From assembly GCA_002010215.1 (NCBI GenBank), contig MTMY01000031.1, forward strand, positions 62,001 through 123,195: a stretch of 61,195 nucleotides of DNA. Direction: 5' to 3'. Below the pieces are notes generated by a model that was given only the letters and a program-made list of their open reading frames with translations, searched no databases and was not told where the DNA came from. Of this stretch, positions 58,808 to 61,195 are shown piece by piece. Position 1 is the first letter of the stretch. The number at the start of each line of letters is the position of its first letter. Position numbers and translations under genes: made by a program. The DNA comes from Archaeoglobus sp. JdFR-37. GTDB taxonomy: Archaea > Halobacteriota > Archaeoglobi > Archaeoglobales > Archaeoglobaceae.

Positions 58808-60751
58808 TCAGAGAAATATTGTAAAGAGTACGTATCCAAGTATCAGCATCACCAGTGAATGCTTGACCCCTGCCGAGATGCTACCCTCACCCATCACCCC
58901 TGCGACAATTCCCGCAAAAAGCCCCTGAAATACGGCGGCGTGCATAAAGATGTTCTTGTATGTCGTCACATCAATGCTCTGGAGCATTCCGAACTGACCG
59001 CCGCCTTCAGCAACTTTTGCTGCACTTTCTGCCAGAGTTGACAGGAATGTTGTGGAGATTATGTAAACAATCCCTATGAATACAAGGAAGGAGATGTAGA
59101 TTATTATGACGTACATGAACATGTTTGACATCCTTTCTCTCCTGAGAAGGTCCGCACTGCTGGCGTCCTTGGCGGAAATCATGAGCACATCTGTAACGTT
59201 TCCTGTGGAGCGCAGTGCTTCATTCAGCAGCGTAACGGTTCTCGATAGCTCATACACTCTGAGACGATTGGCAAATCTCACAAGGGCATCACTTAAGCTT
59301 ATTCCCCAGTCAAGATCAGCCTTTATCCGCTGTATTTCCTTCTTGAGGGGGCTTGTGTCGGTTTTGGCTATCATGGATATTGCTCGATATATTGGCATAC
59401 CGCTTTCATTTGCTGATGCGAGCTTGTTCAGGAAAATAGGTGTGAGGCGGAGCGTCCTTTTTGCTTTCCTCCTTGAAGCCTCAAAGAAAATGACGAAGGG
59501 AAGCAGCATTATGATGAGAGAGAAGAAAATGTAGTCGTCCACCTCGAATACGTACTTCATGAAATCCCCGGTGTAGGTTTCCTGCATGAGGCCATAAATC
59601 ATAAATCCCAGACCTGCTGGCACGGAGAAGACAAACGTGTAAATCGGTTTTTCCTTGATTATTCTTAGGGGATGCTTTAGACTCTGTATCATTCTGTAGC
59701 TTTTGAGCTTCTTGTTCAGTTTTTTAAGTTCCTCTTCAGAACCTTCTGGATTGTATTTTTTCTTCAAGTTTGAGAACCTCTCGGAGAGAATCGGAGCATT
59801 TCCTTCTTCAGTTGGGGTGAGAATCTTGATAGTCATGGCGAAGAAGAATGAACCTATCGGGATGACCATATAGATGACGGCATAAAGAGCAGTCTCGTCT
59901 CCCTGGCCCATTACTACCATGACTGTCTGGATTATGATCAGGAAGAGAGGACCTGCCACAAAAGCCGTTATGTAGCTTTCAGCCATTAAACCAAGGAACT
60001 CCAAGAAGTTCTTCTGATCTTGTCTTGACCTCTCCAGATAGAATTCGGCCCTCTCTTCCAGATATCTAGTTATATCTCCTCCGCTATCGAGAATTGTTAT
60101 GATACCGTGAAGGAATTCCTTAAAGTTTTCAGAAGGTGATAATTCAACGGCATCTGCCAGAGCTGTCCTCAGGTCCTTCCCCAAAAGCTCCATATCTCTT
60201 ATTATTCTTGAAGCCTCCTTTGACACCTCACCATACACCTCGTGATTAGATGCCAGAGACTCAAAAACTTCAATCAGACTCATTCCTCCCTTTGTGAGGG
60301 AGTACATGAACATAATGGCATGGGGTAGGACTCTGTCAATCTTGCTCTTTCTATCGCTTATTATCATGCTGGGATATAATGTGAAGGCCATATGAGAAAC
60401 GAAGTAAAGAACAACTGCAATCACAGTTACTATCAGGAATGAGTAAATAAACGGTCTCACAGTCATCCAGTACCCGTACACAGACTCAGGAATGGCTATT
60501 GGGAAAATTGACTCAGGAATGCCTATGAAGAAGACCACAACGATGGCAATTAGCAGCCCCAGCAACCCACCAACAATTGCAAAGATCAGCGAGACCATTC
60601 TTGCTGTTGCAATGTACATTTCTGGAGGCATTGAAATCTGGGCCATTTGGAGTGAGTGTTCTAAATCATAGTACTTGTACATCTTTTTCTTAATTCTTTC
60701 ACCAAAAACTCTGTATCCAAGATACGTGAAATAATTCGCCTCCTTAAACAT
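58808..60751 (-). CDS. Type IV pilus/T2SS-F platform protein (PilC/TadC-like, two T2SSF domains)
   Basis: YGEVSKE...G.DL..AL...SPS..FKEFL; second domain ESGM...WG.S...AL.RFA; G..AG.MGEG. Confidence 0.88.
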   Translation of the reverse strand: MFKEANYFTYLGYRVFGERIKKKMYKYYDLEHSLQMAQISMPPEMYIATARMVSLIFAIVGGLLGLLIAIVVVFFIGIPESIFPIAIPESVYGYWMTVRPFIYSFLIVTVIAVVLYFVSHMAFTLYPSMIISDRKSKIDRVLPHAIMFMYSLTKGGMSLIEVFESLASNHEVYGEVSKEASRIIRDMELLGKDLRTALADAVELSPSENFKEFLHGIITILDSGGDITRYLEERAEFYLERSRQDQKNFLEFLGLMAESYITAFVAGPLFLIIIQTVMVVMGQGDETALYAVIYMVIPIGSFFFAMTIKILTPTEEGNAPILSERFSNLKKKYNPEGSEEELKKLNKKLKSYRMIQSLKHPLRIIKEKPIYTFVFSVPAGLGFMIYGLMQETYTGDFMKYVFEVDDYIFFSLIIMLLPFVIFFEASRRKAKRTLRLTPIFLNKLASANESGMPIYRAISMIAKTDTSPLKKEIQRIKADLDWGISLSDALVRFANRLRVYELSRTVTLLNEALRSTGNVTDVLMISAKDASSADLLRRERMSNMFMYVIIIYISFLVFIGIVYIISTTFLSTLAESAAKVAEGGGQFGMLQSIDVTTYKNIFMHAAVFQGLFAGIVAGVMGEGSISAGVKHSLVMLILGYVLFTIFL

Positions 60752-61195
60752 AGCTACCCCCCAGAATTTCTTTCATGAGCTTCTCGGGGTTATTTTGATA
60801 GGTGTGGATAATACTGGCAACCTTCCTGAAATCCCTGATGTTGTGCTCAATCATGAATTCTAGAATTTTTTTCCTTCTCTCGATCTCTTCAAAAAGCTCC
60901 TTCTGGCTCCAGCCTCTTGACCTTCTGATGGTTTCAAGCGCTTTTGAACTCCCAACAAGTGTGTGCTTGTCCTTAACACTATCCCATGCAAATACTGTTA
61001 CAGTTCTGATCATCTTGGTATATGGGTCCATTCCCACGATTTCAGCAATCTCTATGTTCCTTCTCACCCTTTTGTTCCCAACGTACGTTTGAGCCTGAAT
61101 ACTAATTATATCCAGAGCCTCCAGCATAGCTCGAGGCACATTAATCGGCGGGTTCTCAAGCCTGTGTATCGCACCATTCACACTATCAGCATGCA
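60744..61195 (-). CDS. Type II/IV secretion (pilus assembly) ATPase, C-terminal part
   Basis: HADSV..AIHRLENPPINVP, RVRRNIEIAEI, ELFEEIERRKKIL; runs off window. Confidence 0.88.
   Translation of the reverse strand, partial: HADSVNGAIHRLENPPINVPRAMLEALDIISIQAQTYVGNKRVRRNIEIAEIVGMDPYTKMIRTVTVFAWDSVKDKHTLVGSSKALETIRRSRGWSQKELFEEIERRKKILEFMIEHNIRDFRKVASIIHTYQNNPEKLMKEILGGSYV

Noticed and set aside
1..61195. CRISPR array, rRNA, intact transposase, inteins, tRNA introns
   Set aside because: None seen: no regular repeat-spacer run, RNAP/EF-2/IleRS lengths are normal, and both tRNAs are intronless

Overview
Archaeal chromosomal window, most consistent with Archaeoglobaceae (split rpoB''/B' and rpoA'/A'', homodimer-type EndA, SpoVG, PGF-CTERM protein, HdrA-MvhD fusion); the taxon is inferred from gene content only. 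1-12.2 kb is the canonical euryarchaeal tRNA-Lys-rpoH-B''-B'-A'-A''-L30e-nusA-S12-S7-fusA-tuf cluster. The rest mixes housekeeping genes (nreA, endA, metG, hisA/B/G, ileS, mptE, kptA, nikR, pgsA, pok, coaBC, serB, SRP RNA, tRNA-Asn, pilus platform/ATPase) with accessory patches. The most interesting system is a ~7.7 kb corrinoid uptake/salvage locus (btuCD-cbiZ ... btuF). It encloses two large secreted proteins with DUF4430/transcobalamin-like beta-domains: one fused to a beta-propeller, the other to an alpha/alpha barrel with an archaeosortase anchor (a haptocorrin/transcobalamin-like domain set). It also hides a 31-aa five-Cys micro-ORF with its own leaderless promoter. Other items: an HdrA-MvhD plus FwdF-like polyferredoxin module without hdrBC, a missed 58-aa ORF, two IS200/IS605-family-like right-end scars, a homopolymer-frameshifted low-GC membrane gene and a decayed SpoIIM/DUF95 gene. 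All protein calls come from motif recognition by eye; no database searches were run.
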